Source: an uncultured Chloroflexia bacterium (lineage in GTDB: Bacteria > Chloroflexota > Limnocylindria > Limnocylindrales > CSP1-4). Taken from it: a stretch of 64,000 nucleotides of DNA. The notes beneath the pieces are model-generated. The model saw only the letters and a list, made by a program, of their open reading frames with translations, did not search any database and was not told the origin of the DNA. Both the position numbers and the translations under genes were made by a program. The DNA is taken from NCBI GenBank assembly GCA_963813305.1, contig CAWEYP010000006.1, forward strand, positions 123,048-187,047, read 5' to 3'. How positions within the stretch are numbered: position 1 is the first letter of the stretch; every line of letters starts with the position of its first letter. Positions 21,885 through 32,517 of the stretch are shown here, piece after piece.

Positions 21885-24800
21885 CTAGCCGAGGACGACC
21901 CGGACCCGGTGCGTGGCGCCGTCGTCGGCGAGCGGGATCGCGGCGGCGCCGCCGGCCAGCGCCTGGCCGTCGAGCTCCGACGATGCCACGCCGCGACTGA
22001 CCCCGTGCGGGTTCTCCACGACGATCTCGTACCGGGCGGAGCGATAGCGGAAGTCGATCTCGTAGCTCGGCCAGGCCCGGGGGATGCAGGGATCGATGAG
22101 GAGTGTCGTTCCGCGCAGCCGGAAGCCCAGGATCCACTCGACGCCGGCCTGGTACATCCAGCCCGCCGACCCCGTGTACCAGGTCCAGCCACCGCGGCCG
22201 ACGTGCGGAGGCTCGGTGTAGACGTCGGCCGCCATGACGTACGGCTCAACCTTGTAGCGATGGACTCCGGCCCGGGTGCTGGCATGGTTGATCGGGTTCA
22301 GGATGGAGAACAGCTCGCCGGCCTTGTCGCCGTCGCCCAGGGCTGCGAAGGCGAGGACCGACCAGATAGCTCCGTGCGTGTACTGGCCGCCGTTCTCGCG
22401 AACGCCCGGCAGATACCCCTTGACGTAGCCCGGATCCATGTCCGAGTGGTCGAATGGCGGGGTGAACAGCAGCACGAGGCCGTCACCGCGTCGGACGAGG
22501 TACTCCTCGACCGCGGCCATCGCCCGCTCGGCGTGGGGAGGATTGGCGGCCCCCGACAGGACCGCCCACGACTGGGCGATCGAGTCGATCCGGCACTCGG
22601 CGTTCTGCGCGGAGCCGAGTGGGGTTCCATCGTCGAAGAACGCTCGGCGGTACCAGTCGCCGTCCCAGCCGTGGCGCTCCAGGGCCCGCCGGAGGGCCTT
22701 CATGCGGGCCCGCCAACGCTCCGCCCGAGGACGATCGCCGCGGGCCTCCGCGATCGGCGCGAAGGCCGCCAGGACGATGTGGAGGAACCAGCCCAGCCAG
22801 ACGCTTTCGCCGCGGCCCTCGGGGCCCACTCGGTTCATGCCGTCGTTCCAGTCGCCCGAGCCGATGAGTGGCAGCCCGTGGGCGCCGACCTCGAGGCTCC
22901 GGTCCAGGGCCGCCGCACAGTGGTCGAACAGCGAAGCCGACTCCGCTGAGCGTTCCGGCTGGAAGTAGGCGTCCGCCTGGTCCGGGCGCAGCGCCGGTCC
23001 GTCGAGGTAGGGCACGGTCTCGTCGAGGACCGACGTGTCGCCCGTGACGGCGAGGTAGCGCTCGACCGCGTAGGGCAGCCAGAGGCGGTCGTCCGAGATG
23101 CGGGTCCGAACGCCGCGACCTGACGGCGGATGCCACCAGTGCTGGACGTCTCCCTCGGGGAACTGGTGCGCCGCCGCCCGCAGGAGATGCTCCCGGGCGA
23201 GCTCGCGCCTCGGCGTCACCAGGGCGATGACGTCCTGCAGCTGGTCGCGGAATCCGTATGCGCCGCCGGCCTGGTAGAACGCCGTCCTCGCCCACAGCCG
23301 GCAGGCGAGCGCCTGGTAGAGGAGCCAGTGGTTGAGCATGATGTCCATCGAGCGATCGGGCGTCCGCACCTGGACGGTGCCCTGCGTGTCGTCCCAGTAG
23401 CTCGCGACCCGGCGCAGCGCTGCCTCGTGGTCGGTCGCCCGCTCCCTCCGGATGAGGTCGGCCGCCGCGGTGGCACCGTCCGCCTCCCCGAGCAGGACAA
23501 GGACCTGGGTCCGCGCTCCGTTGGCGAGCTCGAAGCTCGTCTGGAGGGCGGCGCACGGATCCATGCCGGCGCCGGCGACAGCCTGCAGCCGGGATCCGCG
23601 GTCCAGGCCGGCGGGCCGCTCCGGATCCCCGTTGCGGCCGAGGAACTCGGTCCGATCAGCCGTCCACGCCGTCTGGCGTCCGCCGAGGTCGAGGAAGGCG
23701 ACCCGGCCATCGAACTCGGTGTTCCACGGGTTGCGCACGAGGATCGCCCGGGTCTCCGGGTCGAGCGCCGTGATGATCCTGGGGGCGCTCTCCCCGCGCG
23801 ACGTGCCCAGCACCCACTCGGCATAGGCGGTCACCGACAGGCGCCGCGAGCGCCCGGACCGGTTCTCGATCGTCAGGACCGAGACCTTCACGGGCTCGTC
23901 GAGCGGCACGAACTGGACGAGGTCGAGCTGGATGCCGCCGTGGAAGTGCTCGAAGCGGCTGTACCCGGCGCCGTGACGGGCGACGTAGGTCGACTCCTCG
24001 CAGCGGGTCGGCTGGATCGTCGGACCCCACAGCTCGCCGCTGTCGTCATCGCGGACGTAGATCGCCTCGCTCACCGGATCGGTGACCGGGTCGTTGGACC
24101 ACGGGGTGAGCCGGTTCTCGCGGCTGTTGCCGGACCAGGTGTAGCCCGAGCCGGACTCGGAGACCTGGAACCCGAACGAGGCGTTGGCGATCACGTTCAG
24201 CCAGGGCGCCGGGGTTGCCTGCCCCGGGCCGAGGACGGTGACGTACTCGCGCCCACCGTCCACGAAGCCGCCGAGCCCATTGAAGAACTCGAGCTCCGGG
24301 CGCGGCGCGGCCGGCTCGCTCCCGGGCCGACTCGAGGCGGGCGGCGCTGCCGGCCGCGCGGTCCTCTCGGGGCGCTCCAGGCGGATGACCTGGTCGGCCA
24401 GACTGCCCCGGCGACTCAGCAGGACGGCCCGGGCGGCGGCCTGGAGGAGCGTGCGATCCTCGGTGGAGAGCCGCTCGCCGCGCAGGATGTGCACGCCGCC
24501 GCGGCCCGGATGGCCATCGTGGGCCAGGGTGGACTGGCTCGTCCGCACGAGGCTCTCGAGCGCATCGTGGAGGTCCTCGGCGTACGTGACGCCGTGCTCG
24601 TTGAGGATGACGAGGTCGACGTCGAGGAGCTTCAGCCGCCAGTACTCGTGCGCGCGGAGCAGCTGCCGGACGATGTCAAGGTCCTCTGCTTCGTCGATCC
24701 GGACCATGACGATCGGCAGGTCCCCGGAGATGCCGTGGGCCCACAGGCCAGCTGCTCCGCGCTCGTTGCGCGCCAGCAGGGTCGCCGCCGGCCGCAGGGA

Positions 24801-27800
24801 CGGATCGGCGTAGAGGATCCGGTTGGCCAGGCGCTGGAACAGGTGGGCTTCGTCGGCCTCGATCCCCAGGTGATGGAGCTGGACCTGGGCCTGCGTCCAG
24901 GCCAGCGTGGCCGCCCGTTCGTAGGTGGCCGAATCGCGGTACTTGTCGGCCAGGTCCAGGACCTCGTCGCGGGACTCGGCAACGACCGTCGAGAAGATCG
25001 CGTGGGCGGTCGCACCGGGGGCGAGCCTCACTCGGCACCGGAGGCTGAAGATCGGATCCAGCACCGGGCCCACCGTGTCCGAGAGCGGACGCCCGTCGAT
25101 GACCGAGGCGGGGGAGCGGACCGACCGGCCGCGGCCGAGGAAGCGAGCCCGATCCGTCTCGTACTGGATGACCCCGCCGGTCTCCCCCTCGACCACCGCG
25201 ACATGGGCGGCCCAGATCGGCTGCTCGTCCCGGGATCGCGGACGGCGGGTCGCCAGGAGGGCCCCGATCTCCGCCACGAACTCGGTCTGCACGAACAGGT
25301 TCTGGAAGGCCGGGTGAGCGACATCGGCCGCCTGGGGCGCGAGAACGATCTCCGCGTACGACGTCAGCTCGATCTCGCGTGCGCGCGAGCCGAGATTGGT
25401 CAGCGTCACGCGGCGGATCTCCGCGTCGTGCTCTGTCGACACCACGACGGTCAGGCCCGTCGCGATCGAGCCGTCGCGACGGGAGAACTCGGCGTGATCC
25501 TCGGCGTACTCGACCTCGTAGCTGTCTGCCTCGGTGCCGCTCGGCTGGTGACCGGCCGACCACACCGCGCCGGACTGCATGTCGCGCAGGAAGAGAAAGC
25601 TGCCCCACGAGTCGCGCGTCACGTCCTCGCGCCAGCGCGTCACCGCCATGTCGCGCCAGCGGCTGTAGCCGGCTCCCGCGGCTGTCACCATGACGGCATA
25701 CCGCCCGTTCGACAGGAGGTGCGTCCGCGGCGTCGTGTCGTGGGGCGAGGTGAAGCGACGAGGTACCGGCGGCACGAGGTCGCGCACGTCCGCGGCGCTC
25801 TTCACCTCCTCGGCACGCGGCCGGGCCACGAGCACGTCGCGCGGCATCCGCTCCTGGAGGAGCAGCTCCGTCGCCTCGATGATCGGGTCGGCATGGAAGC
25901 GCTCGATCATCACGCGGTCGTTGAGGACATTGCCCAGGGCCACCAGCGCCATCCCCTGGTGATGCGCCATGTAGCTCTTCACGATCGCGACGGTGGCCCC
26001 TTCGGGGAGGCGCCGAGCCGTGTAGTCGAGCGCCTCTCGAAAGCCGTATCGCCCGCTCGCTCCGGCTTTGCCCAACCGGCCGAAGTTCCGGACCGCAGCC
26101 TCGGGCTGGATCATGGCTCCGAGGGCGGTGGCGTACGGGGCCACCACGATGTCCTCGCTCAAGCCCCGCTTCAGGCCCAGGCCGGGCACGCCGAAGCTCG
26201 CGTACTGGTAGGTCTGCTCGAGGTCCCGCGCGTTGAATGCCGACTCGGACATGCCCCAGGGGACGCCGAGCTCGGCGGCGTAGCTCATCTGGCGGGCCAC
26301 GACCAGCCGGTACGTATGGTCGAGCAGGCTGAGGGCGGGAGCGCGCATCACGAGGGCCGGCATCAGGTATTCGAACATGGACCCGGACCACGAGATCAGG
26401 GCGGAGCCGCGACCGACGGGCGTCAGCGCGCGCCCAAGGCGGAACCAGTGCTCCGGGGCGACATCCCCCTTGGCGATCGCGAGGAAGCTGGCCAGGCGGG
26501 CCTCGGACGCGAGGAGGTCGTAACAGCTGGGATCGAGCGTTCCGTCACGCACCCGGAAGCCGATCGAGAAGAGCTTGCGGGTCGGGTCGAAGAGAAAGCC
26601 GAACTCCATCTCCCGGAAGAGCTGGTGCGCCTGGTCGGCGATCGCCTGGAGTCGCCGAACGAGCGTCACCGCCCCGGGCGATCCGCCGCCGTTGTCGCCG
26701 CCCGGTGGATCCGAAAGCTCCGCGATCGTCGGAAACGCGGCCGCCTGTCCCGGGGGTTGGAGCAGCACGAGGTCTCGAACATGGCTGGTCACGGCCATTC
26801 GGGCCGCCTCGGCCCACGTCACGAGCTCGCCGTCCGCGCCCGCCCCGCGTTCCGCGGTCAGGGCCGACGCAACGTCCGACAGCGTCCCGGCGTGTGCAGC
26901 GAGCTCGCCCAGCAGGGCCGCCCAGGCCGCCGGCGTCGCGGGGACAGCAGCGCTGGCCGTGGGGAGCAGGTCGAGGGCTTCGGCAAGCTGGCGCCGGGTC
27001 AGCGTCTGGCTTCGCCGATCGTCACCGATCTCGCCTGCCGCTTCGCGGGTCAGTGCGATCGCGTCACCGATCCCGGCCAGTGCGGCCTCGGCCGGAAGCG
27101 GCTGGTCGATCATCTGGCGGCAGGCGCTCGACAGCACGAGCAGGTGTCCGGCGAGATTGCCGCTGTCGACCGTCGACACGTACGCCGGCTCGAGCCGGTG
27201 CAGGTCGCGCGTGTCGTACCAGTTGTACAGGTGCCCACGGAACCGTTCGAGGCTGCCGATGGTCGCGAGCGTCGCCTCAAGGCGCTCCACCATCTCGAGC
27301 GTCCCGATCCAGCCGAGGTCGCGGGCCGTCACGGTCGCCAGGAGGTACAGCCCGATGTTCGTCGGCGAGGTGCGATGTGCGACGACCGGCAGGGGCTCGT
27401 CCTGGAAGTTGTCGGGTGGCAGGCCATGGTCCTCCGGCGAGACGAATGTCTCGAAGAACCGCCAGGTCCGGCGCGCGACCAGGCGGACCGTGTGCACGTC
27501 CGCGGCCGGTAGCTGCTCCGCCGCGGAGTCCGAGGGTGGCAGGCTGATCCATCGGGCAACGACGGGCGCGAGCAGCCACAGGATCACGAATGGCGCCGCG
27601 ATCCAGGTGGCGCCCGGCCTTGCCACGAGGACGACGGCCGCGACGACGGCCGCAAGCACGATGCCACCCGCCATCTGCCGGTAGAACCCGGCCGGGTCGA
27701 GGTCGTGGCTGGCCTTGGCCTGCGCCGCGGTCATCCACTCCAGGAGGTTCCGCCGCGTGACGAACAGCCGAACCAGGGTTCGCAGGATGGCATCGAGCAT

Positions 27801-30563
27801 CAGCCACGCCTGGTGCGCGAGGAGCGTGAGACCGAGGCCGACGTGGGCCGCCGCAATGGCAATGTCCGCGCCCAGGGCCCGCACGTGGCTGCGCTTGGAG
27901 ATGCCGTGCCGGCGCGGCAGGATCCCCGCCACGACGGGCAACACCGCGGGGATGGTCACCGCTCCCAGGACGAATGCGGTCCACACGCCGGCCGACACCG
28001 ACGGGAGGGTCCAAGCCGCGGCGAGCGTGGCCAGCGTGAGCGGGGCGGACATCGTTCGGCGCAGGTTGTCGACCATCTTCCAGCGGGCGATGCCGGTGAT
28101 GGAGCTCGGATTCCTGCGGCCCGAGGCATCCCGGGCGCGGCCGAGGATCCAGGGCAGAAGCTGCCAGTCGCCGCGCGCCCAGCGGTGCTGGCGGGCTGCC
28201 GAGACCAGGTAGTTGGAGGGGAACTCGTCGAAGAGCTCGACATCGGTCACCAGGCCCGCCCGGGCGAAGGTGCCCTCGAACAGGTCGTGGCTCAGGAGCG
28301 CGTTCTCGGGTACCCGTTCCGCCATGGCCGAGCGGAAGGCGTCGAGGTCGTAGATCCCCTTGCCGGTGAAGCTGCCCTCCCCGAACAGGTCCTGGTAGAC
28401 GTCCGACACGGCGGAGGCATAGGGGTCGATCCCCGCCGGCCCCGAGAATGCTCGCTGGAAGATCGATGCCCCGTGCTCGGCCGGGAGCGTCGAGGTGATC
28501 CTGGGTTGCAGCACCCCGTAGCCCCCGGTCACCCGGCCGGCATGCGCATCGAAGGTTGGATGATTGAGCGGATGGGCCATCGTCCCCACGAGGCGCCCCA
28601 CCGCGCCGCGGGGCAGCCGCGTATCGGCATCGAGCGTGACGACGTAGCGCACGTCGCTCGGCGCGGTCGATGCCGCCCGACCCGTGGTCATGATGCCGGT
28701 CGTCGTCGAGCCGCGCAGCAGAGCGTTCAGCTCGTGGAGCTTGCCGCGCTTGCGTTCCCAGCCCATCCAGCGGCCCTCGGCCTCGTTCCACGTTCGCGCC
28801 CGGTGGAAGAGCAGGAACCGTGCGCCACCCCCGGGGGCCTCGCCGTGGCGCTCATTCAGCCGCTCGATGGCCGCCGCGGCCGCCGAGAGGAGCTCGTCGT
28901 CGCCGGGGACGTGCTCGGTCGGGGCGTCGAGCCAGTCCGAGAGCAGGGCGAACCGGAGGTCGCCGTCGCGGTTCCCCAGGTAGTGCACCTCCAGGCCGCT
29001 GACCTGGGCCTCGACATCCGCCTCGCTGGTGAGGAGCATGGGCACCACGACCAGTGTTCGCAGCCGAGGCGGCACGCCGTCATCCAGGGCGAGCCGTGGG
29101 AGCGGCCTCGGGCCCAGCACGTAGGTGACCGACCGGTTGACGAGGGCGATCGCGAGATCGGAGGCCGGGCCGAGCGCGAGAATCGCGACGACCAGGAGAC
29201 CGGCACCCGTGGCGTCTCCGATGCCGGACAGGAGGAGTGGCACGGCGAGGACCAGGGCCGTCACCAGCGCGATCGTCCCGAGGTATCCGCCCGTGGCAGT
29301 CCGGACGTAGGTCCGCCGGAGTCGGCCCGCGATCGGCACCCGGACGTGGAGGGCGCGCTCCAGATCGAGGCGGCCGTCCGAGATCAGGTAGTAGCCGGGA
29401 TCCCGGCGTCGACCGGCGATGGCCGGCTCGACGTCGTCGGCCGTCGGCGCACCGCCAGCCGTCGGCGCGGCGTCTGCCATCGCCACGGCCTCCCGGGCGA
29501 CCGCGACCTCGGTGAGGCCGGATCCCCTGGCCAGCTCCTCCACGGCGTGGCGGTAGCGATCTCGAGTCGCGAAGTCCATCTCCCCGAACGGACTTCGGGC
29601 GCGCAGGACGTCATCGACGAGGCTGACGCTCTCGACGAACTGCGCCCAGTCGAACCACGAGATGAGGCGCATGCTCGTGATGACGTTTCGAACCGTCACG
29701 TTCATCGTCGCCTGGCGCTGGTGCTCGAGGCGGACGGTCTCCTCGGCCGTGGTCCCCTCGGCCGCCAGGAGCTCCTCGAGCCAACGCAGGGCGGGAGTGA
29801 TCCCGGGGTCCTGGTCCCGCAGGCGCTGGAAGAGCTGGACCCGCGCCGCGGTCGGCAGCGCGGTACGCGACAGCCGCCGCAGCGATGCCGCCGCGACCTC
29901 CGGGCGGTCGGTGCCGAGGCCGAGCAGGCTGTCGGCGAGCTCGTCCGCCTGCTGCCGCGCGGCCCGGCTGCCCACGATCTGCTCCGCGAGGCGGCGGAGG
30001 TTCTCGACGAGGAGAATCCGCAGGGTGATGGCGACCGCCCACAGCTCGCCGATCGACAGCGGCTCTACCTCCTGGTAGGCGCGCACCATGCGGCGCAGGC
30101 TCTCCGGGTCGAAGCGGCTGTCGGTGTGCGCGATGTAGGCCCAGGCAAGCCCGAGGACCCGCGGGTATCCCGCGAGATGTCCCGCGGCCAGCTTCGGCAG
30201 CTCGCGGTAGTAGTCCGGGGGCAGGTCGTCGCGGATCTCGCGGAGCTGCTCGTCGACGATCGGGAAGTTGTCGACGAGCCATTCGGCAGCGGGCGTGATC
30301 GCACGTTCGTCCTTGATCGCACGGGCGAGGACGCGGTACGCGTCCACGAGGACGCGGCCGTTCTCCGCGGTGCGAGGCCCGACGGCGTGTCCACGACGGG
30401 GCGAGTCGGTGACGGCCTGGGCGGCGGCCAGGGTCTGGGCGTGCTGCTCCAGCCGCTCCACGCTGAAGAGCTCGGCGAGGATCGGCTCGTCGAGCTCGGC
30501 CCGCGGGCGCACCCGCCGGCGGTCGGAACGGGGCGGGTCGCGAAGAGACTGGTTCAATCTCAT
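21885..30563 (-). CDS. cgs: Cyclic beta-1,2-glucan synthase (Cgs/NdvB/ChvB type; GT84 glycosyltransferase plus C-terminal GH94 glucan phosphorylase), 2892 aa, intact
   Basis: Size and domain order match NdvB. A TM-rich GT region is present (LDADTRLPRGAV... family-2 GT signature), followed by a GH94 region (GGAYGFRDQLQDVIALV...HWWHPPSGRGVRTRISDDRLWLPYAV). There are no internal stops. Confidence 0.85.
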   Translation of the reverse strand: MRLNQSLRDPPRSDRRRVRPRAELDEPILAELFSVERLEQHAQTLAAAQAVTDSPRRGHAVGPRTAENGRVLVDAYRVLARAIKDERAITPAAEWLVDNFPIVDEQLREIRDDLPPDYYRELPKLAAGHLAGYPRVLGLAWAYIAHTDSRFDPESLRRMVRAYQEVEPLSIGELWAVAITLRILLVENLRRLAEQIVGSRAARQQADELADSLLGLGTDRPEVAAASLRRLSRTALPTAARVQLFQRLRDQDPGITPALRWLEELLAAEGTTAEETVRLEHQRQATMNVTVRNVITSMRLISWFDWAQFVESVSLVDDVLRARSPFGEMDFATRDRYRHAVEELARGSGLTEVAVAREAVAMADAAPTAGGAPTADDVEPAIAGRRRDPGYYLISDGRLDLERALHVRVPIAGRLRRTYVRTATGGYLGTIALVTALVLAVPLLLSGIGDATGAGLLVVAILALGPASDLAIALVNRSVTYVLGPRPLPRLALDDGVPPRLRTLVVVPMLLTSEADVEAQVSGLEVHYLGNRDGDLRFALLSDWLDAPTEHVPGDDELLSAAAAAIERLNERHGEAPGGGARFLLFHRARTWNEAEGRWMGWERKRGKLHELNALLRGSTTTGIMTTGRAASTAPSDVRYVVTLDADTRLPRGAVGRLVGTMAHPLNHPTFDAHAGRVTGGYGVLQPRITSTLPAEHGASIFQRAFSGPAGIDPYASAVSDVYQDLFGEGSFTGKGIYDLDAFRSAMAERVPENALLSHDLFEGTFARAGLVTDVELFDEFPSNYLVSAARQHRWARGDWQLLPWILGRARDASGRRNPSSITGIARWKMVDNLRRTMSAPLTLATLAAAWTLPSVSAGVWTAFVLGAVTIPAVLPVVAGILPRRHGISKRSHVRALGADIAIAAAHVGLGLTLLAHQAWLMLDAILRTLVRLFVTRRNLLEWMTAAQAKASHDLDPAGFYRQMAGGIVLAAVVAAVVLVARPGATWIAAPFVILWLLAPVVARWISLPPSDSAAEQLPAADVHTVRLVARRTWRFFETFVSPEDHGLPPDNFQDEPLPVVAHRTSPTNIGLYLLATVTARDLGWIGTLEMVERLEATLATIGSLERFRGHLYNWYDTRDLHRLEPAYVSTVDSGNLAGHLLVLSSACRQMIDQPLPAEAALAGIGDAIALTREAAGEIGDDRRSQTLTRRQLAEALDLLPTASAAVPATPAAWAALLGELAAHAGTLSDVASALTAERGAGADGELVTWAEAARMAVTSHVRDLVLLQPPGQAAAFPTIAELSDPPGGDNGGGSPGAVTLVRRLQAIADQAHQLFREMEFGFLFDPTRKLFSIGFRVRDGTLDPSCYDLLASEARLASFLAIAKGDVAPEHWFRLGRALTPVGRGSALISWSGSMFEYLMPALVMRAPALSLLDHTYRLVVARQMSYAAELGVPWGMSESAFNARDLEQTYQYASFGVPGLGLKRGLSEDIVVAPYATALGAMIQPEAAVRNFGRLGKAGASGRYGFREALDYTARRLPEGATVAIVKSYMAHHQGMALVALGNVLNDRVMIERFHADPIIEATELLLQERMPRDVLVARPRAEEVKSAADVRDLVPPVPRRFTSPHDTTPRTHLLSNGRYAVMVTAAGAGYSRWRDMAVTRWREDVTRDSWGSFLFLRDMQSGAVWSAGHQPSGTEADSYEVEYAEDHAEFSRRDGSIATGLTVVVSTEHDAEIRRVTLTNLGSRAREIELTSYAEIVLAPQAADVAHPAFQNLFVQTEFVAEIGALLATRRPRSRDEQPIWAAHVAVVEGETGGVIQYETDRARFLGRGRSVRSPASVIDGRPLSDTVGPVLDPIFSLRCRVRLAPGATAHAIFSTVVAESRDEVLDLADKYRDSATYERAATLAWTQAQVQLHHLGIEADEAHLFQRLANRILYADPSLRPAATLLARNERGAAGLWAHGISGDLPIVMVRIDEAEDLDIVRQLLRAHEYWRLKLLDVDLVILNEHGVTYAEDLHDALESLVRTSQSTLAHDGHPGRGGVHILRGERLSTEDRTLLQAAARAVLLSRRGSLADQVIRLERPERTARPAAPPASSRPGSEPAAPRPELEFFNGLGGFVDGGREYVTVLGPGQATPAPWLNVIANASFGFQVSESGSGYTWSGNSRENRLTPWSNDPVTDPVSEAIYVRDDDSGELWGPTIQPTRCEESTYVARHGAGYSRFEHFHGGIQLDLVQFVPLDEPVKVSVLTIENRSGRSRRLSVTAYAEWVLGTSRGESAPRIITALDPETRAILVRNPWNTEFDGRVAFLDLGGRQTAWTADRTEFLGRNGDPERPAGLDRGSRLQAVAGAGMDPCAALQTSFELANGARTQVLVLLGEADGATAAADLIRRERATDHEAALRRVASYWDDTQGTVQVRTPDRSMDIMLNHWLLYQALACRLWARTAFYQAGGAYGFRDQLQDVIALVTPRRELAREHLLRAAAHQFPEGDVQHWWHPPSGRGVRTRISDDRLWLPYAVERYLAVTGDTSVLDETVPYLDGPALRPDQADAYFQPERSAESASLFDHCAAALDRSLEVGAHGLPLIGSGDWNDGMNRVGPEGRGESVWLGWFLHIVLAAFAPIAEARGDRPRAERWRARMKALRRALERHGWDGDWYRRAFFDDGTPLGSAQNAECRIDSIAQSWAVLSGAANPPHAERAMAAVEEYLVRRGDGLVLLFTPPFDHSDMDPGYVKGYLPGVRENGGQYTHGAIWSVLAFAALGDGDKAGELFSILNPINHASTRAGVHRYKVEPYVMAADVYTEPPHVGRGGWTWYTGSAGWMYQAGVEWILGFRLRGTTLLIDPCIPRAWPSYEIDFRYRSARYEIVVENPHGVSRGVASSELDGQALAGGAAAIPLADDGATHRVRVVLG

Positions 30564-30779
30564 GTTCCGCCGTCAGCGCCTGGCCTGACCCGGTCCACCC
30601 TTGCTCGACGTGGGACGTGTCGATCATAGCGAGCCACCCCTCGGTCGCACGGGTAGCGGCTCCAGGGTCGCAACCGCCGGCGCCCGAGAACTGCCTTCAA
30701 CGTGCTGCGGGCCGGCGGCGGGCCCCCGGTCAGTCAGATCGCGGGCATCCTGGTGTGCCGAGCCTAACGGCGCCGGCCC

Positions 30780-32276
30780 CTACCCGGCGGACACCTCGAC
30801 GGGATGGCCCTGCGCGCTGCTCGCAACGACGACTCGGTCTCGGCCCGCCGCCTTTGCGCGATACATCGCCGAGTCGGCAGCCAGGATGAGCTGCGCGACC
30901 GAGGTTCCATGCTCCGGATACGCGGCCACGCCCACCGACATCGTGGAGGTCGGATAGAGCGGAGTCGGCTCGTCAGCGTGAAGAACCTTGACCCCCTCCC
31001 GCAGGGCCTCCGCCCGTCGTCGCGAGTCGCCCGCTGACGCCTTCGGCAGGATGACGACAAACTCCTCGCCGCCGAACCGGCAGGCAATGTCCTCGCCCCG
31101 CACGGCCGCCGCAATGAAGCGACCGATCCTCCGCAGGGCTTCATCGCCGGCGGCGTGACCGAAGGCATCATTGAGTTCCTTGAAGTGGTCCAGGTCAGCC
31201 ATCAGGACGCCGACACCGTAGCCCTCGCGGGCCGCCCGCCGGATCTCCCGGTCCAGCGATTCCTCCATGTACCGGCGGTTGAACAGACCGGTCAGCGAAT
31301 CGCGCGCGGACTGCTCCCGGAGCGTCCCGCGAAGTCGGATGTTGGCGAGCGCGAGGGCAAGCTGCTTGCCGAATGTCTCGATCAGGCGGGCCCGATCGGC
31401 GAGCATGGCCGCTCGTGCCTTGCCCACCGCCCGCCGTCGGACCTGGAGGTGAAGAAGCCCCAGGGTTTCAGTCTGGGCCACGAGCGGCTCGCAGAGCAGA
31501 CCCCCTGCGATCGGTTCCTCCACGTGAGGGCACTTGAGCTCCGGGTCCCCGTCCTCGACCTGGTGCAGGCGGCCGCGCCGCAGCGCCCAGCAGTCGGTCG
31601 GGTGGAAGACGGTCCGATTCGGGGGCGGAATGCCCCATGCAGCCACGGCCTCGACAGCGGTGCCCGAAGACGCCAGTGCGTACACCGCCCCGGCGTCACC
31701 CGCGAAGAGCGGCTCCGCGACCCCGGCGATCACCGCGTACGCCTCGTCGAGCGACTGGCACGACTCGAGCAGCTCCCCCACGTGGGCCAGCAGGGACATC
31801 TCCCTCCCGACCTGCTCCAGCTCGTGGGCGTGGCGCCGGAGCTGCGCATCGGCCTGCTCGAGCTGCTCCTTGAGGTTGGTGCGGGCGGTGATGTCGACGA
31901 TCGTGGCGATCACGAGTGGACGGCGCCGAGATTGCACCGGAGCGAGGCTGATCTCCACGGGGAACTCGGTGCCGTCGCGGCGGCGACCGATCAATTCGAG
32001 CCCGCTGCCCATCGGGCGCGGGATCGGGTGACGGTGGTATGCGGCGCGCTCGGCAACGTGTCCACCTGCCAGGCGGGTCGGCACGAGGCGCTCGACCGGC
32101 TCCCCACGGAGATCCCCCGGCGACCAGCCGAATGCCTCCTGCACGCTCGGGTTGGCATAGACGATCCGGCCCTGCCCGTCGACGGCAATCACGGCGTTCG
32201 GGCTCGCGTCGAGGACCGGCTCGGCGCTGAGTCCGAGTGGTGCTGTCCGGGCTCGCGGTGCCCGCGGAGGGTCCAT
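30780..32276 (-). CDS. PAS-GAF-GGDEF diguanylate cyclase
   Basis: GGEEF active site (ACRFGGEEFVVILP) with RYMEESLDREIRRAAREGYGVGVLMADLDHFKELND. An N-terminal PAS domain is present (NAVIAVDGQGRIVYANPSVQEAFGW). RBS gagggtagcgaag precedes ATG 32276. Confidence 0.85.
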   Translation of the reverse strand: MDPPRAPRARTAPLGLSAEPVLDASPNAVIAVDGQGRIVYANPSVQEAFGWSPGDLRGEPVERLVPTRLAGGHVAERAAYHRHPIPRPMGSGLELIGRRRDGTEFPVEISLAPVQSRRRPLVIATIVDITARTNLKEQLEQADAQLRRHAHELEQVGREMSLLAHVGELLESCQSLDEAYAVIAGVAEPLFAGDAGAVYALASSGTAVEAVAAWGIPPPNRTVFHPTDCWALRRGRLHQVEDGDPELKCPHVEEPIAGGLLCEPLVAQTETLGLLHLQVRRRAVGKARAAMLADRARLIETFGKQLALALANIRLRGTLREQSARDSLTGLFNRRYMEESLDREIRRAAREGYGVGVLMADLDHFKELNDAFGHAAGDEALRRIGRFIAAAVRGEDIACRFGGEEFVVILPKASAGDSRRRAEALREGVKVLHADEPTPLYPTSTMSVGVAAYPEHGTSVAQLILAADSAMYRAKAAGRDRVVVASSAQGHPVEVSAG

Positions 32277-32517
32277 CTTCGCTACCCTCGAGTTCGGCCG
32301 CGCGCTGGCAGCAGGGCACCCGGGCCGGCTCTCCACCGCCCACCAGCGACGACGAACCCCTGCCTATCGTCCAGGTCGACTCCCGGAACAGGGACTCGCA
32401 AAGCTGCGAGGTGAGTGTACGCGCGGAGAGCGGACGAGTTCTCGGCGATGGCTGCGCGAGAGCGTTCAGCCGGGACACTCTGGATCCCGCGGCTGCCTCG
32501 GCGCGGATGCGCGGTGC

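Noticed and set aside
21909-30629. Several long plus-strand ORFs (21909..22949, 23130..27512, 27705..30629)
   Set aside because: All are antisense to the intact cyclic glucan synthase gene and have low-complexity R/G/P-rich translations.
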